NCBI GenBank assembly: GCA_037968615.1
Contig: JBBKVX010000061.1
Coordinates: 25,126 to 89,125 of the forward strand
Direction: 5' to 3'
Source: Rickettsiales bacterium
Lineage (GTDB): Bacteria; Pseudomonadota; Alphaproteobacteria; Rickettsiales; UBA3002
Length of the DNA: 64,000 bases
The first letter of the stretch is position 1. The number at the start of each line of letters is the position of its first letter. This document shows positions 57,081 through 64,000 of the stretch, piece after piece. The translations under genes and the position numbers were made by a program. Below the pieces are notes generated by a model, which did not search any database, was not told the origin of the DNA, and was given only the letters and a program-made list of their open reading frames with translations.

Positions 57081-58688
57081 TTAGGGGCAGACGGGCGCTC
57101 CGCCACCATCGCACCCGATACCACTCGAACCCGAGGAGGAAATGTTTCCATTATCGCAGCGGTTGGTCAGTACCATGCCCCCCCCAGAACCAGCGGCACA
57201 CCATTGTTCGCCATGCGCGCGGGTCGTGCCGCATTCATCCATGCAGCTTGCATTGGCGACAGCTACACACGTGCCCGAACTGTCCACTTGGCCGCTGCAG
57301 CAGCGCGAGGCCAACGCTGCCCCGTTAGCTTGCGTGGCGCTGGTTCCGTTGCTCAGGCATCCGCAATCGCGTGCATAGACCGAGCAGGTGGCGGCGCCCT
57401 GAATTCGGCTCACGCATTTGCCAATCTGGTTGCGGCTGTTGGGCTCTGTGCCGCCCTCTTGGCCGCCAGCTCCTGCAGCGCAATAGCCTATGTTATTGGC
57501 GGTATTTACGCAGTCTGCGTACACACCTTCCATCGTGAACACATATTCCACGCCCCAGCCCGCGGCGCAGGTAGCGGTGTTGCCGCAGGTGGGCGATGTT
57601 TGCTGCAGCACGCCGTTCACACAATTTATCGTCACGGTGCCGGTTTTGCCCGAAACGGTATTGGTCACTTGCTGCGACGTGTTGTTGTTCAACAAGGTGC
57701 TAGTGCCGCTGCAACTGCTCCAGTTCACCGTCTGCCCGTTGCAGGAATAGGCGCCCGTGGGCGAGCAGTTCGTATTCGTCAGTTGCAAGGTGCCGTTATT
57801 GCAGGTGACCGTGGCCGTACCCGTGTAGCTGGCGGCGGTATTCGTGATTGGCGAGGCATCGCCATGCTGCATCGCTCCCACGTTGGCCGTGCAGGAAGTG
57901 CCCCACGTCACGGCCGCAGCATTGCAGCCGGTGTAGCCCGTGCGGCCAGCATAGACGACAAGGTCGTCGAAGTAATGAACGGCGCTTTCGCCATCGTTGA
58001 ATTCGCTGATATAGAGCGTTTTGTTGCTGAGGTCGCAGTTCTCTTTATCGACCCGCGTGATGCTGCCGTTGGCATATTCGCTCACGCAGTAGCCGTGGTT
58101 GCCGCTGTTGTTGTTGCGCGACATCGCGCCCAACGATTTTTTGCCGTGGCTGATGACGGCATACGCGGCGTTCGCCGTGACGACGGAGGAGCTGGAAAGC
58201 GTGCCGTTACGCACCGTAATTTGCCCGCTTGCGCTGTTGCTCATGTAGCTGACGCTGTCGGTCAGTTGCTTGCTGATGAGATAGGTAAATTTATTGCCCC
58301 AGCAATCGCTGCCATAGCCCGCATTCAGGCCCAGCGTTGCATACGGCAAGGCGCCGATCAGCACCGCGGTCGGGTCGCTGCCGATCGTGTCGATCGTAGA
58401 GGAGCCGGCGCTGGTAGCGGATACACCGGAGGTCGCGGTGTTGATGCCGATGCCGCGTCCGGCGGGCATGGGGTAACGGTTGTTCGCGCGCACATACGCG
58501 TCGAGACTGGCGACGATCACCTCTTGCTGTGCGCGTGTTTCAGCGTAGCAATCGCGTTGCGGCGCGATCTTGACGGCGAAGCCCGCCATCATCGCCACCA
58601 GCGCGAGCACGATGGCCAGTTCCAGTAAGGTAAACGCCTGTTGCGGTGTTCTGATAATAAGTGGCCCCTCTGTATAAATATATAACAT
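57081..58688 (-). CDS. Modular prepilin-type protein B: GspG-like core, two tandem 4-Cys modules and a long Cys-rich tail
   Basis: QQA|FTLLELAIVLALVAMMAG (Ala at position -1). Core motifs RYPMPAG, IGALPYATLGL, SDCWGNKFTY, AYAVISHGKKSLGA, ENCD, YFDD. 28 Cys by my count. Ends in Cys-Pro. Confidence 0.75.
   Translation of the reverse strand: MLYIYTEGPLIIRTPQQAFTLLELAIVLALVAMMAGFAVKIAPQRDCYAETRAQQEVIVASLDAYVRANNRYPMPAGRGIGINTATSGVSATSAGSSTIDTIGSDPTAVLIGALPYATLGLNAGYGSDCWGNKFTYLISKQLTDSVSYMSNSASGQITVRNGTLSSSSVVTANAAYAVISHGKKSLGAMSRNNNSGNHGYCVSEYANGSITRVDKENCDLSNKTLYISEFNDGESAVHYFDDLVVYAGRTGYTGCNAAAVTWGTSCTANVGAMQHGDASPITNTAASYTGTATVTCNNGTLQLTNTNCSPTGAYSCNGQTVNWSSCSGTSTLLNNNTSQQVTNTVSGKTGTVTINCVNGVLQQTSPTCGNTATCAAGWGVEYVFTMEGVYADCVNTANNIGYCAAGAGGQEGGTEPNSRNQIGKCVSRIQGAATCSVYARDCGCLSNGTSATQANGAALASRCCSGQVDSSGTCVAVANASCMDECGTTRAHGEQWCAAGSGGGMVLTNRCDNGNISSSGSSGIGCDGGGAPVCP
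57585..57926 (-). repeat. Tandem coding repeat: two copies of a ~54-aa four-cysteine module in protein B
   Basis: Residues C255-x10-C-x29-C-x11-C308 and C316-x9-C-x29-C-x11-C368. Shared core (Y/K)TGT(A/V)T(V/I)xCxNG. Confidence 0.7.
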
Positions 58689-58718
58689 CGCTATCGGAAC
58701 GGAAACAGAATTATAGTT

Positions 58719-59960
58719 CTAAGTACATTCCGCTGCTGCACTGCACAGCGCTGCCGGACCTTGATCCACCACATTTCCATTGACGCATTTGTATTGACGG
58801 CAGCCTGATCCAAGAGATTCCCATGTATCACCATTCGTTGCGCAACCCCCACAAGGGGCGCCTTTCACCATGCTGTTGTTAACCGCACATTCCGTAGGGC
58901 CGCAAACTCCGCTTCCCCCGCCACCGCCACTGCAGCATTGCACAATGTTCGGCTCTCCCGGCCCGGGCGCGCCGCTGGGCGAAACGCAGCTGGGTGTGGA
59001 GTAGTCGTCCCAATTAGTGCCGTTCCACGCCCAATGGCCTTGGCAGCCAGTGCAAACGGGCGACGAAGTTGTTAGCGCACCATTGTTACAAGTAACGGTA
59101 GCCGTACCCGTGTAACTGGTGCCTTGACTGGCCAGAATGGCGCTGGTGCCATTGCCCATATAATTGCTTCTCGCCATGCAATTGCCACTGCTCCAGGATA
59201 CGTCACGCGCCGTGCAGGCACCATTGGTGGTGGCCGAGGTCAGGATGTCGTCGAAATAGGCGCTGATGCTGGCATTGCTCGGGGTAAAGCTCGCGCCCTT
59301 CAGAAAGTCGAGGTCGGTATCGCAGTTCTCGTTGCGGATCTCGCTGCCGGTGCAGGCAACGCTTGGTGCCGTCAGATCTTGCTGGCTGCGTAGGTATCCG
59401 CCGCGCCTGTCCTTGCCGTAGCTGATCAGCAAAAACGGCTCCGAGGGCAGCACCAGATCAAGCGTGTTCTCACGCACCACCGGATAGGCGGTGCTGATGC
59501 CGGTGCCCGCATCCGTTAGGTTGCGGTTCACCACATACATAATGCGGCTGTTCCATGGGTCGAACGCATCGTCGATGGAGACGCCGAACTTCACCAGCGA
59601 ACGCACCGGCACCATGCCGCGTACGTTCTGGGAGCCGGTCAGTAAGGTGAGGCCGCTGGGCGTGCCGGTATGGCAATTCGCCACCGGGGCACCGAAATCG
59701 ATCTCGAGCGGGATGCGGTCGAACCGCGCAGGGCAGGGGTAGCGACCATAATAATATTGGTACTGTGCCAGCGCGTTCGCCAGTTTCGCCAGTTTGGTGT
59801 GCGCCTGTTCGTTGCGCACCAGCTGCTGGGTCACCGCGTCGCGGTCGAGATACGCCGCCACCGAGATCGCCATGGCCGCGAACAGCGCCGCCACCACCAC
59901 CAGCGTATAGCCGTCGGAACGGGTGAGGAATCTGTTCAAACATTGCCGGAGACGCGTCAT
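58719..59960 (-). CDS. Modular pilin-like protein C with a degenerate signal (no Glu5): core, 4-Cys module and Cys-rich tail
   Basis: N-terminus RSDG|YTLVVVAALFAAMAISVAAYL. Core motifs RYPCPAR, GMVPVRSL, FDPWNSRIMY, FLLISYGKDRRGG, ENCD, YFDD. Module C249-x11-C-x29-C-x11-C303. The start ATG at 59960 overlaps the upstream stop (ATGA). Confidence 0.65.
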   Translation of the reverse strand: MTRLRQCLNRFLTRSDGYTLVVVAALFAAMAISVAAYLDRDAVTQQLVRNEQAHTKLAKLANALAQYQYYYGRYPCPARFDRIPLEIDFGAPVANCHTGTPSGLTLLTGSQNVRGMVPVRSLVKFGVSIDDAFDPWNSRIMYVVNRNLTDAGTGISTAYPVVRENTLDLVLPSEPFLLISYGKDRRGGYLRSQQDLTAPSVACTGSEIRNENCDTDLDFLKGASFTPSNASISAYFDDILTSATTNGACTARDVSWSSGNCMARSNYMGNGTSAILASQGTSYTGTATVTCNNGALTTSSPVCTGCQGHWAWNGTNWDDYSTPSCVSPSGAPGPGEPNIVQCCSGGGGGSGVCGPTECAVNNSMVKGAPCGGCATNGDTWESLGSGCRQYKCVNGNVVDQGPAALCSAAAECT

Positions 59961-60925
59961 GGGCAGCTCACATTCGAAGAGGGATAAGCATATTCGCACA
60001 GCATTTTACAGGGCGAAGTGGAGGTGATGGTGCGCGTGCATACTGCATAGGGCAAGCTGGTCGGAGGGAAATTCGGGTCGCACGGCGCGCACCAGCGTTC
60101 GCAGGGGCCGGTGCCGCAGCCAATGCCCACGCCGCCCAGCACGGTCGGCATACGATCCAACAGGTTGCTGCCCCAGACAATGTAATCGTCGAAATGCAAC
60201 GCGGCGTTGTCGCCGTCGTTGAAAGGGTTGTCCCAGAAGGTGACGTCGCTGTCGTCGCAATTACCGCGATCGGCGGCGGTGGCGCTGCAGGCCGCCACGC
60301 GTGTGGCGCTGTTCATGGGCCAGGCATTGCCTGCATCCTTGCCTTGGCTGACGACCACATAGGTCGCGCTCGGCCCCGGCGCATTGGTGCCATCGCTCTC
60401 GCGTTGGGTAGTGATGGTGTAATTAGTGCCCGAAGGGTTGCCGGTGGAAATGCTGATGGGCCCATCGACCGAAACATAGCTGCTCAGCGAACCGATATGC
60501 GACGCACTCACGCCGTAGGTGAATTTATTGCCCCAGGCATCGCTCGCGTAATGGTCGGGCAGGCCCAAGGTGCGCACGGGCACGGCGCCAATATAAATGA
60601 ACGGTGAGCCCGTCGCGGGGGCGCGCACCAATGCCGTTCCGCTGGTGGTGCACTCCAGGCGATTGGCTTTGCGCGCTTCAACGCCGAAGCCCGCTGCCGA
60701 GGTTAGGTTCGCGCGGCTGGAGGGACAGGGCAAATGCCCATGCACGCGCGCATAGGCGTCGAGCGTGCGCTGGATGGCGGTGAGGCGTGTCTGGGTGGTG
60801 ATGCGGTCGGAACCTTTCAGCGCCGAGTTGGCGATGTTGAGCCCGAACGCCAGCACCACGGCAATGATGACCAGCACGACACTGAGTTCCAACAGGCTGA
60901 ATCCTGTATGCGCGCGGCGGCTCAT
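59957..60925 (-). CDS. Modular prepilin-type protein D: GspG-like core plus a short Cys-rich tail
   Basis: HTG|FSLLELSVVLVIIAVVLAFG. Core motifs HLPCPSS, IGAVPVRTLGL, SDAWGNKFTY, ATYVVVSQGKDAGNA, GNCDD, HFDD. The tail has 10 Cys and ends in Cys-Pro. Confidence 0.75.
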   Translation of the reverse strand: MSRRAHTGFSLLELSVVLVIIAVVLAFGLNIANSALKGSDRITTQTRLTAIQRTLDAYARVHGHLPCPSSRANLTSAAGFGVEARKANRLECTTSGTALVRAPATGSPFIYIGAVPVRTLGLPDHYASDAWGNKFTYGVSASHIGSLSSYVSVDGPISISTGNPSGTNYTITTQRESDGTNAPGPSATYVVVSQGKDAGNAWPMNSATRVAACSATAADRGNCDDSDVTFWDNPFNDGDNAALHFDDYIVWGSNLLDRMPTVLGGVGIGCGTGPCERWCAPCDPNFPPTSLPYAVCTRTITSTSPCKMLCEYAYPSSNVSCP

Positions 60926-61710
60926 AGCTGCCCCTTGGTCTGCCAGATGACGAGATCGTCGAAATGCATCTGCTCCACTCGGCCATTATTGAAACGGCTG
61001 TCGTAGAATACGTTGTTGGGAATGGTCACCTGCGAGCCGGAGCCGTTGATGCGCACTTTCGTCGCGCCGCCGAAGCGGCAATTCACCGTATCGATCATGC
61101 CATCGATGACGGTATTGGCGTTCGGCAAGCACTGGGTGGCGCTGGCTCCGCGCTTGTCGGCGCCGGGGCTGAAGATCATATAGGCCGCGTCGGCGATGGT
61201 TTGGCAGACGGTGCTGCACGGCTGCTGGATCCTGCCCGTGCGCACGGAGATGGCGCCCGCCGAAGCGCCGTTGCTGAACTGGCCTGCAGCCGTGCCGGGT
61301 TTGTTGAGGTTGGCGCTTACTATGTAATTCATTTCCGAGCCGTAGCCGTCTTTCATGAACCCGAGCGGCAGGTTCAGGTCGCGCACCGGTATCAGCCCGT
61401 AATACACACCCGTCATGAGGGTGGTGCCGCAATCGCTGCCGACCCGATATTCTTTGCCGTAGCTAGCGTCCGACGTTCCCACCGCCCGTGCCGGGCAGGG
61501 CAGGTAACCATACACGAACCGATGTTTTTCCATCGCCGCCTTGATCACTGTCAGCTTCTCTTTGGTGGTGCTGTAAGCGGTTCGGTTCATGTACAAAGCC
61601 GCCGATTCGAGCCCCATCACCGCCACCACACTCACGATGGCCATGACGATGGAAAGCTCAAGCAGGCTAAAGCCATTTCTGGTGCGGGGGTGTGGACGGG
61701 CTGGACGCAT
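60922..61710 (-). CDS. Prepilin-type protein E: core-only member, first gene of the operon
   Basis: RNG|FSLLELSIVMAIVSVVAVMG. Core motifs YLPCPAR, YGLIPVRDLNL, KDGYGSEMNY, AAYMIFSPGADKRGA, HFDDLVIW. The protein ends 11 residues after FDD. ATGA overlap with D. Confidence 0.75.
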   Translation of the reverse strand: MRPARPHPRTRNGFSLLELSIVMAIVSVVAVMGLESAALYMNRTAYSTTKEKLTVIKAAMEKHRFVYGYLPCPARAVGTSDASYGKEYRVGSDCGTTLMTGVYYGLIPVRDLNLPLGFMKDGYGSEMNYIVSANLNKPGTAAGQFSNGASAGAISVRTGRIQQPCSTVCQTIADAAYMIFSPGADKRGASATQCLPNANTVIDGMIDTVNCRFGGATKVRINGSGSQVTIPNNVFYDSRFNNGRVEQMHFDDLVIWQTKGQL

Positions 61711-61819
61711 AAAGAAACCCTATCACAATTCGCTTAAGGGGTGGTTAATAGGTGGTATTTTAGCGAATGATGGGTTTATTCTTCCTGCGTTGCGGTTTTT
61801 TTGTTACGCCCGCTTCCAT

Positions 61820-61895
61820 GGGGGGTTAGCTCAGCGGTTAGAGCAGGGCGCTCATAACGCCTTGGTCGTCGGTTCAAATCCGGCACCCCCTACCA
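61820..61895 (+). tRNA. tRNA with CAT anticodon (elongator Met, or Ile2 if lysidinylated)
   Basis: Manual cloverleaf, 76 nt: acceptor GGGGGGT/ACCCCCT, D-arm GCTC-AGCGGTTA-GAGC, anticodon arm GGGCG-CTCATAA-CGCCT, T-arm GTCGG-TTCAAAT-CCGGC, encoded CCA. Lacks initiator features. Confidence 0.8.
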
Positions 61896-61909
61896 TGTAA
61901 GGAAGCACG

Positions 61910-62830
61910 ATGAGCACTGGCCTGTTAGCCCTCCTCGACGACGTTGCCGCGCTGGTAAAGCTCAGCGCCGCCAGCCTCGACGACATTCCGTCGCAGATCG
62001 CAAAAACCAGCGGCAAGGTCTCCGGCCTCATCATCGACGACGCGGCCGTGACCCCGAAATATGTGGTTGGCCTCGACCCGGCGCGTGAGCTCGCCATCAT
62101 CTACCGCATCGCGCGCAGTTCACTCGTCAACAAGCTGCTGTTCGTTGGCCCTGCTGCGTTATTTCTTGGCTATGTCGCGCCGTGGTTGATCCAGCCCATC
62201 CTGATGCTGGGTGGAGGGTATCTCTGCTACGAGGGGTACGAAAAACTCCATTCCATGTTCGCACATCGGGTGGCGGCACCTGTCCAAAAACCCGTCGAAA
62301 TCATTACTCCTGAAGCACTCGAGAAAAAGCGCATCGCCAGCGCCGTGAGCACCGATTTCATCCTCTCCGCCGAGATCATCGCCATCACGTACTCCACTGT
62401 CGCCGACAAAGATCTGCTCACGCAGATCGTGGTGGTCTACGCCATTGCAGTGGGCATCACTGCGCTGGTCTATGGGGTGGTCGGGCTCATCGTGAAGCTC
62501 GATGATATCGGAGTGCATATCGCAAAATTCGCGCGCCATGCATTCCTACGCAAACTGGGCCGGGGGCTGGTGAAAGCCATGCCGGGTTTCCTTCAGGTGC
62601 TTGGCACGATCGGCACCGCCGCCATGCTGTGGGTGGGCGCGGGCATCATCGCGCACGGCATCCCGTTCCTGCATCATGCGTTACAGGAACTGGAACATTC
62701 CCTCACCCCCCCTATCTTGGGCTGGTCGGTTGCGGCATTGATGAGCGCCATCGGCGGCGTGGCCGTGGGTGCGGTGATCGACATCGTGCTGCGGCGCGTG
62801 TTCATGGTTTGGAAAAGAATGCGCGCTTAG
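61910..62830 (+). CDS. DUF808 family inner-membrane protein (YedI-like)
   Basis: N-terminus LLALLDDVAALVKLSAASLDDI...AAVTPKYV matches the DUF808 pattern as I recall it. Several TM helices. Confidence 0.7.
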   Translation: MSTGLLALLDDVAALVKLSAASLDDIPSQIAKTSGKVSGLIIDDAAVTPKYVVGLDPARELAIIYRIARSSLVNKLLFVGPAALFLGYVAPWLIQPILMLGGGYLCYEGYEKLHSMFAHRVAAPVQKPVEIITPEALEKKRIASAVSTDFILSAEIIAITYSTVADKDLLTQIVVVYAIAVGITALVYGVVGLIVKLDDIGVHIAKFARHAFLRKLGRGLVKAMPGFLQVLGTIGTAAMLWVGAGIIAHGIPFLHHALQELEHSLTPPILGWSVAALMSAIGGVAVGAVIDIVLRRVFMVWKRMRA

Positions 62831-63477
62831 CGCAGGCAGCTCGTATCGGCATGGCCCATGCGCGCGCCAATGCTGCTCGCATAGCCTTGCATGTAACTAT
62901 CCGGCCGAGCGGGATTGCGTTTTTTCGGGCTGGGCAACGCAGCGGCCAGCAGCGCTGATTGCGAAGCGCTTAAGCCCGCCGCCGACACACCAAAATAATG
63001 CCGCGCCGCCGCTTCCGCCCCGAAAATGCCGGGCCCGAATTCGGCGATGTTCAGGTAGGTCTCCATGATGCGCCGCTTCGGCCATATCGCGTCGATGCCC
63101 ATAGCCAGCGGTGCCTCCAGCGCTTTGCGAACATACGAACGCCCGTTCCATAGGAACAGGTTCTTTGCCGTTTGCATGGTGATGGTGGAGGCGCCATTCG
63201 CGCCGTCCGCATCGCGCGCGGCACGTTCCACGGCGCTCTGCATCGCTTTCCAATCGATGCCGTGATGGCGACAGAATTTCCCATCCTCGGCGGCGATGCT
63301 GGCGCGCACCAGCGACGGCGCGATGCGCGACAGTGGCACGAACCGCCGTTCCATTTTTTCGCCACGCACCCAATGCGCCACCATCAGCGTCGATACCGGG
63401 GGCAACGCCGTGTCGTAGGCCAGCACGGCGAGCAGCAGTACCAGCAGGTACGCGAGCGTTCTCATCAGGAATTTCAT
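62827..63477 (-). CDS. mtgA: Monofunctional peptidoglycan glycosyltransferase
   Basis: N-terminal TM anchor and GT51 motifs IAAEDGKFCRHHGIDW, GASTITMQTAKNLFL, RKALEA...YLNIAEFG. Confidence 0.85.
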   Translation of the reverse strand: MKFLMRTLAYLLVLLLAVLAYDTALPPVSTLMVAHWVRGEKMERRFVPLSRIAPSLVRASIAAEDGKFCRHHGIDWKAMQSAVERAARDADGANGASTITMQTAKNLFLWNGRSYVRKALEAPLAMGIDAIWPKRRIMETYLNIAEFGPGIFGAEAAARHYFGVSAAGLSASQSALLAAALPSPKKRNPARPDSYMQGYASSIGARMGHADTSCLR

Positions 63478-63519
63478 GTCGGGTTGGTACGCGCACGCAA
63501 CGCAAAAAGCAATCGCGGC

Positions 63520-63825
63520 TTAGTCGAACCAGCTGCCTTTATCGACCGGGTCGGTGGCGAAGCGGCAATAGGTGAAGCCTTCGTTCCACGCGGTCTTGTA
63601 CAAATCATTATCGCCCAGCTCGGGGCGTTTTTTGAAACCGTACACCATACGATCCAGCAGCGAACCCGCCGCTGCAAGGCCGGTATCGCAGCCATCCTCC
63701 CAGCCCAGTTTGTACTCGGGCGGGCCCGAGGGCTGCACCATATACAACGACGGCGGCCGGCACGAGGCCAGCAGCGTTACGCTGAGCAGGGCAGAAATAG
63801 CCAGGAACGGGATAGGGTTCTTCAT
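63520..63825 (-). CDS. Small lipoprotein of unknown function
   Basis: MKNPIPFLAISALLSVTLLASC lipobox. 101 aa from the ATG at 63825 (ORF opens at 63942). Confidence 0.5.
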   Translation of the reverse strand: MKNPIPFLAISALLSVTLLASCRPPSLYMVQPSGPPEYKLGWEDGCDTGLAAAGSLLDRMVYGFKKRPELGDNDLYKTAWNEGFTYCRFATDPVDKGSWFD

Positions 63826-64000
63826 GCTGTAACTATAGCATTTTTTCGGGCGAGCTTTGTGAAATATTTGTGAAGCCCTGCACCCCCCTAAAAAAGCGGG
63901 CGCAACTGTCAGACGTTGCGCCCCTATTGCGGGGAGTATCAATGCGTAATTCGATGCCGGGGTTTAGGCCGGGCAGGCAGCGAGCATGCGGTCGAGTTGG

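Noticed and set aside
57081-59300. Whether the repeated Cys modules in proteins B and C are a diversity-generating retroelement VR/TR pair.
   Set aside because: No reverse transcriptase gene is in the window. The copies are only about 70% identical at DNA level. Their differences are spread over all bases, mostly at synonymous-type positions, rather than concentrated at adenines.
55855-61710. Reading the five pilin-like genes as a standard T2SS gspG-H-I-J-K pseudopilin set or a fimU-pilVWXE minor pilin set.
   Set aside because: The five are paralogues of one another and share the same ordered core motifs, rather than five distinct folds. They are far larger than GspH-K. No gspC-F, L, M or O and no pilY1 lie adjacent. 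I kept this only as a loose analogy (C lacks Glu5, like GspK).
63960-64000. Possible 3' end of another minus-strand gene at the window edge.
   Set aside because: Only about 35 nt are visible, which is not enough to support a call.

Overview
This 64-kb window looks like a chromosomal segment from a high-GC (roughly 60% by eye) alphaproteobacterium-like genome. All calls come from reading the six-frame translations and recalling family motifs. No database search was run.

Gene blocks, in order:
1. 1-5965: distal end of a Tad/Flp pilus locus (cpaF 3' end, tadB, tadC, TadD-like TPR lipoprotein, two TadE-like pseudopilins, TadG-like vWA protein).
2. 6071-19642: complete group-2-like kps capsule locus. 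It holds a lipoprotein coupled to kpsD, then kpsD-C-S-M-T-E, wecB, wecC, and a lower-GC serotype-type region with a 655-aa glycosyltransferase and an alpha/beta-hydrolase-like protein.
3. 19639-24970: accessory patch ending at tRNA-Thr. It holds an orphan DUF2793 tail-fibre-like gene, a CgeB-like glycosyltransferase, a tiny PLA2-motif protein, and a membrane hydrolase-like protein coupled to a cytochrome P450.
4. 25021-41092: housekeeping genes (EAL protein, ubiA, rsmE, gshA, yifB-like, sensor kinase, J-domain protein, rpoH, rluD, M16 peptidase, thrC, M32 carboxypeptidase, SURF1).
5. 41243-47386: aa3 cytochrome oxidase cluster ctaC-D-B-G-E, with a prepilin-type gene wedged between ctaG and ctaE.
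6. 47565-55724: tldD, then seven small orphan genes around dapB, including a tight four-gene operon, followed by dnaJ-dnaK.
7. 55855-61710: five-gene operon between dnaK and tRNA-Met.
8. 61910-63825: DUF808 protein, mtgA and a lipoprotein.

The five-gene operon is the best candidate for an undescribed system. Its products are paralogous prepilin-type proteins that share a GspG-like core. Four of them carry divergent cysteine-rich C-terminal modules. No assembly machinery is visible in the window.

No CRISPR array, integrase, transposase or rRNA was seen.
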